Of a stretch of DNA of 40,697 nucleotides, positions 8,346 to 16,441 are shown in pieces. The notes below the pieces were generated by a model, which saw nothing but the letters and a program-made list of their open reading frames with translations, ran no database searches and was not told the origin of the DNA. The stretch comes from an uncultured Ignavibacteriales bacterium (lineage in GTDB: Bacteria > Zixibacteria > MSB-5A5 > GN15 > JAAZOE01): assembly GCA_964585635.1 (NCBI GenBank), contig CAZPEV010000003.1, positions 10,597 to 51,293 on the forward strand, in the 5' to 3' direction. How positions within the stretch are numbered: the first letter of the stretch is position 1; each line of letters begins with the position of its first letter. The position numbers were made by a program, and so were the translations under genes.

Positions 8346-9503
8346 ATGAGACGAATCACCGTACTCGGCTCGACCGGCTCGATTGGCCGGTCTGCCCTTG
8401 ACGTTATCAGCGCCAATCCCGGCCGGTTCGAGGTTATAGCCTTGGCGGCGGGAAGAAATGTCGCCCTCCTGGCCGAGCAGATCAGGCGGTTTCGCCCGCG
8501 GATGGTCGTCGTCCAGACGGAGGCGGAGATGGCCGGCCTCAGGAGCCTGATCGCCGGAGCTGGCTTCGAATTGGCCTATGGTCAAGAGGGCTTGAGGCAG
8601 GCGGCCGCCCTGGGGGAGAACGACATCGTCCTCAATGCCCTGGTGGGGGCAGCGGGGCTCAGGGCCTCCCTCGAAACCGTTCGAGCCGGTAAGCAGCTGG
8701 CGCTGGCCAATAAGGAGTCGCTCGTAGCCGGCGGGCCGCTCTTCGAGGAAGAGGTGGCCAAGTCGGGCGCCAAGATTTTGCCGGTCGATTCGGAGCATAG
8801 TGCCATCTGGCAATGCCTCAATTCCGGTAAGATGACCGAAGTGCGGAGCCTTTGGCTGACGGCCTCGGGCGGGCCGTTCCTTCATCGTGACAAAGCGACC
8901 TTCAAGGATATTACGATCGATGAAGCCCTGAGGCACCCGACGTGGAAGATGGGGCGCAAGATCACCATCGACTCGGCCACGATGATGAACAAAGGGCTGG
9001 AGCTGATTGAAGCCGTCTGGCTGTTTTCGGTTTCCCCGCAAATGATAAAGATCGTCATTCATCCGCAGTCAATCATTCACTCCATGGTCGAATTCGTCGA
9101 CAGTTCGGTCATCGCACAGATGTCGTCGCCGGATATGAGGCTGCCGATTGCCTATGCCTTATTCTGGCCGGATCGGATGCCGTCCGAATACGGCCGCGTG
9201 GCGTTGGCCCGGGTCGGCAGCCTGACCTTTCTGGATCCGGATGAGGATAAATTCCCTGCGCTCCGATTGGCCCGCCAGGCCGCACAGGCGGGCGGGACGG
9301 CGCCGGCCGCGCTCAACGGCGCCAATGAGGCGGCGGTGGAGCAGTTCCTCTCCGGAAGGATCGGATTCACCGGCATACTGGAACTAATAGATCATATCTT
9401 AGTTAAACATTCTGTGATTGCTCGCCCCAGCCTTGACGATATTATGGAGACGGATCGTCAGGTGCGGCGCCAGACACTGGAATTGATCGGGAATTTGCGA
9501 TGA
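8346..9503 (+). CDS. dxr: 1-deoxy-D-xylulose 5-phosphate reductoisomerase
   Basis: 385 aa. The N-terminus ITVLGSTGSIGRSALDV, together with LANKESLV and DSEHSAIWQCL, are canonical Dxr motifs. Confidence 0.95.
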   Translation: MRRITVLGSTGSIGRSALDVISANPGRFEVIALAAGRNVALLAEQIRRFRPRMVVVQTEAEMAGLRSLIAGAGFELAYGQEGLRQAAALGENDIVLNALVGAAGLRASLETVRAGKQLALANKESLVAGGPLFEEEVAKSGAKILPVDSEHSAIWQCLNSGKMTEVRSLWLTASGGPFLHRDKATFKDITIDEALRHPTWKMGRKITIDSATMMNKGLELIEAVWLFSVSPQMIKIVIHPQSIIHSMVEFVDSSVIAQMSSPDMRLPIAYALFWPDRMPSEYGRVALARVGSLTFLDPDEDKFPALRLARQAAQAGGTAPAALNGANEAAVEQFLSGRIGFTGILELIDHILVKHSVIARPSLDDIMETDRQVRRQTLELIGNLR

Positions 9504-10561
9504 TCACTGTCTTGTCAGCCATTTTTGTCCTCGGTGCTCTAATCTTTTTTCATGAATTGGGCCATTTCCTGATGGCCAAATGGGCCGGAATCCAGGTGGA
9601 TCGGTTTTCGCTCGGCTTTCCGCCATCGATTTTGTCGAAGAAGTTTGGCGAAACCGAGTATTGCATTGGCCTGATACCCTTGGGCGGATATGTCAAGATG
9701 GCGGGGGAGAATCCCGATGAGACGGCCACCGGAGCGCCGCACGAGTTCATGTCCAAACCGGTTCGAATTCGGGCGACGGTCATTTTGGCCGGCCCGGTGA
9801 TGAATTTCCTTCTGGCCTGGCTGATCCTCTGGGGGACGTATCTGGTCAACGGCATTGGAGTGACCAATCCCCGGCAGGCGATTATCGGTTCGGTGGTGCC
9901 CGGGTCTCCGGCCGAGGCGGCCGGATTGCAGGCGGGTGATGTCGTCACCTCCATCGACAATATCGCCATCGGTCCGTACTCCGTACTTTCTCAGGTGGTC
10001 TCCAAGGCGGTCGGCAGGCAGATTCCGGTGGTGTGGGAACGGAACGGACAAACCATGACGGCCTCCGTGACGCCCCAAGTCGAGGAGGTGTACACCGATC
10101 GGGGGGAGAAAATAAAGATCGGGATATTGGGTGTCTACTCCAAAGTCGAGTATCGCCCGGTCGGCTTTCTGGAGGGGGCGGGGCTGGGGATAGTCGAAAC
10201 GCTGGGGTTTGTCGAAAAGATCGGAGTATTTCTCTGGGATTTGATCACCCTTCGCGTCTCCGCCAAGATGATCGGCGGCCCGGTCTTCATCACGCAAGCC
10301 GCCGGCCAGATGGCGCACATCGGATTTTCGGCCTTGTTGCTTTTCATGGCTTTCCTGTCCGTTAATCTGGCGATAGTCAACATCATTCCCATTCCGGTTC
10401 TGGACGGTGGGCATCTGCTGTTTTTGGCGATCGAGAAGATCAAGGGGTCGCCGCTGACGATCGGTCAACGGATGATCGCCCAGCAGGTCGGCTTGGTGTT
10501 TCTGCTGCTGGTCATCGTCATGGTCACGTATAACGATATCATGCGCTTCATAGCCGGATAG
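9500..10561 (+). CDS. rseP: RIP site-2 metalloprotease RseP
   Basis: 353 aa. The HELGH zinc motif sits in the first TM helix, followed by a single PDZ-like segment. The C-terminus carries NLAIVNIIPIPVLDGGH. Its start overlaps the dxr stop (ATGA). Confidence 0.9.
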   Translation: MITVLSAIFVLGALIFFHELGHFLMAKWAGIQVDRFSLGFPPSILSKKFGETEYCIGLIPLGGYVKMAGENPDETATGAPHEFMSKPVRIRATVILAGPVMNFLLAWLILWGTYLVNGIGVTNPRQAIIGSVVPGSPAEAAGLQAGDVVTSIDNIAIGPYSVLSQVVSKAVGRQIPVVWERNGQTMTASVTPQVEEVYTDRGEKIKIGILGVYSKVEYRPVGFLEGAGLGIVETLGFVEKIGVFLWDLITLRVSAKMIGGPVFITQAAGQMAHIGFSALLLFMAFLSVNLAIVNIIPIPVLDGGHLLFLAIEKIKGSPLTIGQRMIAQQVGLVFLLLVIVMVTYNDIMRFIAG

Positions 10562-10589
10562 GGCGACAGAATCGAAGATAGGGGTCGAC

Positions 10590-11282
10590 GTGTCCAGAAG
10601 ATTGATTTCCAACACCTACGGTTACCTCAAGGTCCTGTTTTGGGCCGCCATGTTTGCGTTTCTGGTGAAGGCCTCGCTGGCCGAGGCGTATCGCATTCCC
10701 TCGTCGTCGATGGAAGACACCTTGCTGATCGGCGACTTTGTGCTGTCAAACAAGGTGGTCTTCGGGGCCAGGCTGCCGTTTAGCTCGTTTCGCTTTCCGG
10801 CCATCCGTACGCCCAGGCCGGGGGACATTATCACCTTCAAATGGCCGGGCGACAGGAAGACCGATTACGTCAAGCGCTGTGTCGCCGTCGCCGGCCAGGT
10901 GGTCGAGGTGCGCGACAAGCAGCTATATGTCGACAATCAGCCGTTCCCCAATCCTCCTCATTCGAAATTCACCGATTCTCGCGTGCTGGCAAATAAGAAC
11001 GACCACCGCGACAACTTTGGGCCGTTCCAAGTTCCCCCGGGGACGGTTTTTGCCATGGGAGACAACCGCGACAACAGTTTCGATTCCCGCTTCTGGGGGC
11101 CGGTGCCGATTGAACTGATCGAGGGTAAAGTCGAGGCGATCCAGTGGTCGATCGCGCCGGATGATTCGGCCCCCAAGATCAAATTGGCCGATCTGAGGAC
11201 AATCCCCGATCTCGTCTGGCATACGCTGATCCATTTCGGCTCCCGGATACGATGGGATCGAACGGCGCGGTCGGTGAGTTGA
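10590..11282 (+). CDS. lepB: Signal peptidase I, copy 1
   Basis: 230 aa with a GTG start and an N-terminal TM helix. The catalytic boxes are present: IPSSSMEDTL (Ser), YVKRCVAVAG (Lys) and GDNRDNSFDSRFWG. Confidence 0.9.
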   Translation: MSRRLISNTYGYLKVLFWAAMFAFLVKASLAEAYRIPSSSMEDTLLIGDFVLSNKVVFGARLPFSSFRFPAIRTPRPGDIITFKWPGDRKTDYVKRCVAVAGQVVEVRDKQLYVDNQPFPNPPHSKFTDSRVLANKNDHRDNFGPFQVPPGTVFAMGDNRDNSFDSRFWGPVPIELIEGKVEAIQWSIAPDDSAPKIKLADLRTIPDLVWHTLIHFGSRIRWDRTARSVS

Positions 11283-11372
11283 ACGGGAGGGGCATTTTCC
11301 AGTTGCGCCACCGGCTGACAACAGGTATAAAAGAAATTGCAGACGGCAGGGTAGCCTAAGACGGGAGGATTC

Positions 11373-12137
11373 GTGGACAGGAAATCATCGACCGACATGA
11401 GATTAGACAAAGACTCCTCCGTCCCTCAGCGCCGTCCGGGTGGGGCCAAAGCCTCGCTGTCTTCCAGCCTGTTCGAATACGCCAAATCGCTGGGAATTGC
11501 GCTGGTTCTGGCGTTTGTGATCAAGACGTCGATTGTGGAAGCCTACAAGATACCATCCTCCTCGATGGAGGATACGCTCTTGATTGGGGACTTCATCTTG
11601 GCCAACAAGTTTATCTATGGCGCCCAGATTCCCCTGACCGGCTGGCGGCTGCCGGCGCTTCGCAGTCCGAAGCCGGGCGACGTCGTAATCTTCAAATATC
11701 CGGTCGACCGGCAGACGAATTATATCAAGCGCTGTATAGCGGTTGCGGGGCAGGTGGTCAGCCTGCGTGAAAAGGTGTTGTACGTCGATAACCAGCCGTT
11801 CCCGGATCCGCCCTTCAGCAAGTATACCGAACCGTTGGCGGGGGCGCAGGCGGGGGATCAGCGAGTCAATTTTGGCCCCTATCGGGTGCCGATCGGCCAT
11901 ATCTTTGTGATGGGGGACAACCGCGACAACAGCTCCGACTCCCGCTTTTGGGGTCCGGTGCCGCTGACGCTGATCCAGGGGGAGGCGCTTATGATTCACT
12001 GGTCGTGGGAGCCGGACAGCAACGCCCCCGAGATCAGCCTGGCCCACCTGAATTCCATCCCGGCCTCGGTCGCCTACAATCTTATCCATTTCTTCCAGCG
12101 GGTGCGCTGGACCCGCCTTGGGTCGATCGTGCGTTGA
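11373..12137 (+). CDS. lepB: Signal peptidase I, copy 2 (tandem paralog)
   Basis: 254 aa. A GTG start is preceded by GGGAGG. It has the same catalytic boxes as copy 1 (IPSSSMEDTL, YIKRCIAVAG, GDNRDNSSDSRFWG). Confidence 0.9.
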   Translation: MDRKSSTDMRLDKDSSVPQRRPGGAKASLSSSLFEYAKSLGIALVLAFVIKTSIVEAYKIPSSSMEDTLLIGDFILANKFIYGAQIPLTGWRLPALRSPKPGDVVIFKYPVDRQTNYIKRCIAVAGQVVSLREKVLYVDNQPFPDPPFSKYTEPLAGAQAGDQRVNFGPYRVPIGHIFVMGDNRDNSSDSRFWGPVPLTLIQGEALMIHWSWEPDSNAPEISLAHLNSIPASVAYNLIHFFQRVRWTRLGSIVR

Positions 12138-12282
12138 ACGATTTTTTTCAGTTTTCGAGCGGGCCGGCCAAACTTTTTCCATCCTCAGGCAGTATAAAGT
12201 GCAGACAGGGGGATTTTGATGTTGCCAAAAGGTTTGAACTGGCTTATTAGAGCCAAAAATTGATCCGAATGGATTCGGAGGG

Positions 12283-12552
12283 ATGATGAAGAAGAAGCCG
12301 ACGGCCGAGGAGGTGGCCGAGAAGCTGGCCGGCATACAGAAGATTCCCGTTTGTGAGGACTGCGATGTATTGCGGGGCGCGAACATATGTGCCGCGAAGC
12401 ATTTCGGCCGAGGCAAAGCAGTCCTGTTCGACCAGAATTTGCGAGGGATGCTGACCACGCACGTTGATTTGGGGTGCCAGCCATGCCACGTCGACCGGGT
12501 CATGAAGCTGTTGAGCAAAGACCGGTTGGCGGCGATTGCGGCCATGTTTTGA
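12283..12552 (+). CDS. Small hypothetical protein with two CxxC pairs
   Basis: 89-aa ORF with GGAGGG abutting a double ATG, so the start may be 12286. It contains CEDC and CQPC motifs. I recognise no family. Confidence 0.5.
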   Translation: MMKKKPTAEEVAEKLAGIQKIPVCEDCDVLRGANICAAKHFGRGKAVLFDQNLRGMLTTHVDLGCQPCHVDRVMKLLSKDRLAAIAAMF

Positions 12553-12680
12553 GGCGAAAGTTTAGGCATTGAAAGCATCGATGTTGTACTGCCCGATTTC
12601 TTAGTCTTTCCTGCCACCAGTATTCGAGCTTTGGTGTCGGATACCGAACGGTGATGTATACCCATTTAATCATCAAAACC

Positions 12681-12759
12681 CAAAAGGAACCGAGTTTTTG
12701 AATAAAGCCGCCCGGGCAGCGATCTATGTGAATGGTATGCAAAAACTCGGTTCCTTTTG
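12681..12759. repeat. Perfect 20-bp inverted repeat with a 39-nt spacer
   Basis: CAAAAGGAACCGAGTTTTTG (12681-12700) is the exact reverse complement of CAAAAACTCGGTTCCTTTTG (12740-12759). It is followed by TTATTTT. Confidence 0.9.
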
Positions 12760-12973
12760 TTATTTTCGGGGGGCCCCACAAGTTGTCCTCGGTCGGCGCA
12801 TGAGAGCGGGCGCTCACCAGATGAACAGGTTGGCCACACGGGAGTAGTCGTCTGGGGGCGAGGGTATTGAATGCGCGTGTCCATCATATAATGGGGCGCA
12901 GTTGCGATCACCATCAAAGTTGTGGTGATTTGGCGGGAAAAGCCGGCGGCGGGTGAATATGATTTGTAATAAA

Positions 12974-13063
12974 GACCGGCAGGCCATCCGCCGGCGGCGG
13001 ACTGAAGCGGGACAAGAGCTGCCGGGCCGGGAATAATTACGTCGGCGCACGAGGGCGTACGCC
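12974..13063 (+). repeat. Copy A of a ~90-nt direct repeat flanking aqpZ
   Basis: GACCGGCAGGCCATCCGCCGGCGGCGGACTGAAGCGGG...GTCGGCGCACGAGGGCGTACGCC aligns by hand to 14205-14295 with about 10 mismatches and 1 indel. Confidence 0.85.
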
Positions 13064-13206
13064 GACCACAAGTTGATGCAGCATTTGGGTCGAGCTTTCG
13101 CGGTGGACGGGGGCATCCGACAGGCACGAATGGCGGCAGGAAGGGGTTCCTGCCGCCGCCAGCATCAACCAAAACTTGTGGGACGGCCTCAGGGCGTACG
13201 CCGACC
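13052..13206. repeat. 16-nt perfect direct repeats flanking a 123-nt segment with inverted ends (MITE-like footprint or structured RNA)
   Basis: AGGGCGTACGCCGACC occurs at 13052-13067 and again at 13191-13206. The enclosed segment starts CACAAGTTGATGC and ends GCATCAACCAAAACTTGTGG (inverted termini). It contains a perfect 11-bp hairpin, GGCGGCAGGAA-GGGG-TTCCTGCCGCC (13132-13157). Confidence 0.75.
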
Positions 13207-13247
13207 CCGCAATTGTATTTGGCGTCAAATCCCAAGGGACTTGACCT

Positions 13248-13940
13248 TCAGGTTTGGGTGGCTTCCTTAGGCTCCAGTAATCCCTTCCATATGAATGCAG
13301 CCAGCAGCCCGCCGATGATCGGTGCGATAATAAAGAGCCACAATTGGCCGAGCGCCTCGCCGCCAACGAGGACCGCCGGGCCGAAGCTGCGCGCCGGATT
13401 GACCGAGGTCCCGGTGATCGGAATGCCGACCAAATGGATAATTGTCAGCGATAATCCGATGGCGATACCGGCGAATCCCTTGGGGGAATCCTTGTGGGTG
13501 GAGCCAAAAATGACCAGCAAGAATATGGCGGTCAGGACGATCTCGGCGATCAGGCAGGCCATCAGGGAGAATTGATCGGGTGAATGCAGGCCGTAGCCAT
13601 TCTGACCGAGGCCGTTGGCCGCCAGGGAATAGTCCGCCCTACCGGTGGCGACGGCCAAGAGGACGACGGCGCCGACCAGCCCTCCGATGAACTGGGCGAT
13701 CAGATACCCGATGGTATCTTTCAGTTTCATCTTGCCGGCCGCCAGCATGGCGATGGAAATGGCGGGGTTGATATGGCAGCCGGAGATGGGGCCGATGGCA
13801 TACACCATGGTCAGCACCGCCAGGCCGAAGGCAAAGGCTATCCCCAAGAAGCCGATATGCTGGCCGGCGATGACGGCGCTGCCGCACCCGATCAGCACCA
13901 GGACCATCGTTCCAATCATTTCAGCCGTGTATTTCTTCAT
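13248..13940 (-). CDS. aqpZ: Aquaporin Z-type water channel (MIP family)
   Basis: 230 aa with six TM segments and two NPA boxes (HINPAISIA and SVNPARSFGP). The RBS is GGAG. Confidence 0.92.
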   Translation of the reverse strand: MKKYTAEMIGTMVLVLIGCGSAVIAGQHIGFLGIAFAFGLAVLTMVYAIGPISGCHINPAISIAMLAAGKMKLKDTIGYLIAQFIGGLVGAVVLLAVATGRADYSLAANGLGQNGYGLHSPDQFSLMACLIAEIVLTAIFLLVIFGSTHKDSPKGFAGIAIGLSLTIIHLVGIPITGTSVNPARSFGPAVLVGGEALGQLWLFIIAPIIGGLLAAFIWKGLLEPKEATQT

Positions 13941-14029
13941 GGCTGCTCCTTTCTTGGCGGTTGCGCCGATAGAGCCTATATGGCATTGATACCCAGCAAG
14001 TAAATCTCCCCGTCAGAGAATCGGTATCC

Positions 14030-14059
14030 ATAATCTTGGTTTGCGCCGGGGCATGTCAA
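14030..14059 (-). promoter_or_regulatory. Possible aqpZ promoter
   Basis: Read on the minus strand: TTGACA (14059-14054), an 18-nt spacer, then GATTAT (14035-14030). The -10 match is weak. Confidence 0.3.
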
Positions 14060-14204
14060 GATTAAAACGGCCCAGCGTCTCGTGAGTCGAGACTGCCGCG
14101 TCCCGACTGCGTTGGCGCTCGCAACAACGGGGAATGGGTTCTCGGCCGGGCTTGATGATAGAGGGTGAACACGAGCGTACGGGGCGCACAGGCATCGGGA
14201 CGAG

Positions 14205-14295
14205 GACCGGCAGGTCATCCGCCGGCGGCGGACTGAAGCGGGCCAAGGCCTGCCGGAACCGGGAATGATTATGTCGGCGCACGTGGGCGTCCGCC
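14205..14295 (+). repeat. Copy B of the ~90-nt direct repeat flanking aqpZ
   Basis: It has the same orientation as copy A (12974-13063). It lies in the divergent aqpZ/ccmA intergenic region, upstream of both predicted promoters. Confidence 0.85.
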
Positions 14296-14352
14296 TGGCA
14301 CGGACCCAACCCGTGTCCAGGATCACGACCATCGTGCCGCGCGCGTTTTACC

Positions 14353-14380
14353 TTGACTTATCATGGGTCACATTCATAAT
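14353..14380 (+). promoter_or_regulatory. Predicted promoter of the ccm operon
   Basis: TTGACT (14353-14358), a 16-nt spacer, then CATAAT (14375-14380). Confidence 0.5.
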
Positions 14381-14412
14381 TGCCGAAGAATGGGCCGGCG
14401 GCGCTAACGACT

Positions 14413-15030
14413 ATGCATCAGATCGACGTCCAGAGGGTGAGTAAACGGTTCGGCGCGCGCAAAGCGCTGGAGGAGGTCTCGTTTTCCCTCCGTGCCGGCG
14501 ACTCGCTGGCGGTGGTCGGGCGCAACGGCTCCGGTAAGACGACGCTGCTGCGTATCCTGGCCGGGCTGGCGGCGCCGAGCAATGGAACGGTGGGCTATAA
14601 AGATGGCGACCGGAAGCTGGAGCGGGCGGAAGTGCGGCAGCGCCTGGCATACGTCGGGCCGGAACTGGCGCTGTATGATTCGCTGACGGCGGTCGAGAAC
14701 CTGAGATTCTTCGCCACCATGCGGGGTATCGCCGTCGATGACGGCTGGATCGCGGCGATGCTGGCGATGCTGCAACTGACCGGGCGAGGGGACGATTTTT
14801 ACGGCGCCTATTCATCGGGCATGAAGCAGCGGCTGAAATATGCCGTGGCGCTGCTGAACGACCCGGTCTACCTGCTTCTGGACGAGCCGACGGCCAACCT
14901 CGATGATGAGGGGAAGAAGATCGTCGGTGAGATCATCGCCCGCCAGAAACAGAACGGCATCCTGATAATCGCCACCAATGAGACGGGGGAGTATGGCTTC
15001 GCCGAAAAGCTCATACGGCTTGGCAGCTAA
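14413..15030 (+). CDS. ccmA: Heme exporter ATP-binding protein CcmA
   Basis: It is an ABC ATPase with Walker A (GRNGSGKTT), signature (YSSGMKQR) and Walker B (LLLDEP). The ATG at 14413 is chosen because the ORF-track start at 14380 overlaps the -10 box. The operon context with ccmB-F supports the call. Confidence 0.85.
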   Translation: MHQIDVQRVSKRFGARKALEEVSFSLRAGDSLAVVGRNGSGKTTLLRILAGLAAPSNGTVGYKDGDRKLERAEVRQRLAYVGPELALYDSLTAVENLRFFATMRGIAVDDGWIAAMLAMLQLTGRGDDFYGAYSSGMKQRLKYAVALLNDPVYLLLDEPTANLDDEGKKIVGEIIARQKQNGILIIATNETGEYGFAEKLIRLGS

Positions 15031-15685
15031 ATCGCTGGCGGTACTGCGCAAGGATATTCTGTCCGAGTACCGCACCCGTTACGCAATCAACGCCATCTTG
15101 CTGTTCGGCGTCACGACGCTGACGGTGGTGTCGTTTGCCGTCGGCCAGAGCGGCCTTCCGGCCGACGTTTATGCGGCGTTGTTCTGGATTATTATCTTCT
15201 TTTCGGCCATGTCCGGCTTGGCGCAGGTGTTTGTGAAAGAGGAGGAATCCAAGACCGCGATAATCCTCAAGCTGACGGCCGACCCGACGCCGGTGTACTG
15301 GGGGAAGCTGATATTCAATTTCCTGCTCTTGGCGCTGCTGGAGGTGATCGTCACGCCGCTGTACTTTGTCATGACCGACGCCGTCCTGCACAACGCCGCC
15401 TTGTTTATTGCGGTCCTGGTTCTCGGCTCGATCGGACTGGCCGGGGCGACGACCTTGATTGCGGCGATCATTTCCCGGGCGAGCATCAAGGGGGCGCTGT
15501 TTGCAGTGTTGTCGTTTCCGATTTTGCTGCCGCTTCTGATCGGGGCCATCGGCGGGACGAAAAAGGCGCTGGGGTCGGCGGCGACGTTTGCGGCGGCGGC
15601 GTCGGAGCTGCAGCTTTTGATCAGCTATGCCGTGGTGATGATCACCGCCAGCGTACTGCTGTTCGAGTTTGTCTGGGAAGAGTAA
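14993..15685 (+). CDS. ccmB: Heme exporter membrane protein CcmB
   Basis: This polytopic membrane protein immediately follows and overlaps ccmA. The start is uncertain: ATG at 14993 or TTG at 15020. Confidence 0.8.
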   Translation: MASPKSSYGLAAKSLAVLRKDILSEYRTRYAINAILLFGVTTLTVVSFAVGQSGLPADVYAALFWIIIFFSAMSGLAQVFVKEEESKTAIILKLTADPTPVYWGKLIFNFLLLALLEVIVTPLYFVMTDAVLHNAALFIAVLVLGSIGLAGATTLIAAIISRASIKGALFAVLSFPILLPLLIGAIGGTKKALGSAATFAAAASELQLLISYAVVMITASVLLFEFVWEE

Positions 15686-15781
15686 ATTTAAAAGATGGAA
15701 ACAATACGGAAAATAGATTGTTAAAGTCCTCGATGCCTATATATTGGGCGCAACCATGCATGGGAATGAGTTGAACGCGAT

Positions 15782-16441
15782 ATGTGGTGGAAAATCGTAC
15801 TGTTTGGGGTCATGAGTTGGGTGATCGTGGCGGCCTTCGTCTACCCGGCGCCCCAGCAGGGGATCGGCGAGGCGAGCCGGATATTTTATTTTCACGTGCC
15901 GCAGGCCTGGGTGGCGGTGCTGGCCTTTGTGGTGTCGATGATCGCCTCCGTCCGCTATCTGTGGAAGGGAGAGTTACTCGACGACGATCGAGCCCGGGTG
16001 GCGGCCGAGCTGGGGCTTCTCTTTTGCCTGCTGGCCACCATCACCGGGGCGTTTTTCGCCAAGGTGACCTGGAATTCGTTCTGGAACTGGGACCCGCGCG
16101 AGACTTCGATCTTTGTCCTGCTCTTAATCTATGGCGCCTATTTTGCCTTGCGGTCGGCGATCGATGGGGCCGAAAAGCGGGCGCGGCTGGCCTCGGTCTA
16201 TGCCATCTTTGCCTTTATCACGGTGCCGTTTCTGATCTTTGTCGTCCCGCGGGTGTTGCCGTCGCTGCATCCATCGGATTCGGTGGTGGACAGTTCGGGC
16301 CGGATCACGATGTCATCCACGACGGCGCTCGTGTTCTTCCCGTCGCTGGCGGCGTTCACGATTTTGTTTATCTGGGTTTACCGGCTGGGGTTGAAAATAT
16401 CTGTCAGGCAGCGCCGGGCTGCCGAGGAGGCGGTCCGATGA
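15782..16441 (+). CDS. ccmC: Heme exporter / heme lyase-like protein CcmC
   Basis: 219 aa with a Trp-rich WWD-type motif (WNSFWNWDPRETS) and conserved His residues flanking it. Confidence 0.9.
   Translation: MWWKIVLFGVMSWVIVAAFVYPAPQQGIGEASRIFYFHVPQAWVAVLAFVVSMIASVRYLWKGELLDDDRARVAAELGLLFCLLATITGAFFAKVTWNSFWNWDPRETSIFVLLLIYGAYFALRSAIDGAEKRARLASVYAIFAFITVPFLIFVVPRVLPSLHPSDSVVDSSGRITMSSTTALVFFPSLAAFTILFIWVYRLGLKISVRQRRAAEEAVR

Noticed and set aside
7638-9062. 474-aa minus-strand ORF
   Set aside because: It is antisense to both the PPIase and dxr genes and crosses their terminator and promoter. Its composition is Arg/Gly/Pro-rich. It is a shadow ORF.
9539-10615. 358-aa minus-strand ORF
   Set aside because: It is antisense to rseP, which has the HELGH and LDGGH motifs. 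Its composition is Asp/Arg/His/Gln-rich. It is a shadow ORF.
11403-12665. 420-aa minus-strand ORF
   Set aside because: It is antisense to the second lepB and to the small Cys ORF. It has no motifs, and its low-complexity composition is Arg/Pro-rich.
12666-14332. Shared peptide RRTP(S/T)CAD(V/I)IIPG in the minus-strand ORFs 12666..13235 and 13976..14332, considered as paralogous small proteins
   Set aside because: The similarity comes from the 90-nt nucleotide repeat. An indel makes the two frames diverge immediately after IIPG, with the rest of the match shifting to a different frame (ORF 12814..13116). The remaining sequence of both ORFs is Pro/Arg/Gly-rich and not protein-like.
12553-14412. 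Integron attC sites or a CRISPR array as the explanation for the repeats around aqpZ
   Set aside because: There are only two copies of the 90-nt unit, 1.2 kb apart, and no regular repeat-spacer periodicity. I could not find RYYYAAC/GTTRRRY core sites. No integrase or cas genes are in the window, and the flanks are housekeeping operons.
15784-16437. 254-aa plus-strand ORF overlapping ccmC in another frame
   Set aside because: Most of it is a Gly/Arg/Ala-rich alternative frame of ccmC. Only the last 36 codons (16438..16548) are kept, as the CcmD-like protein.
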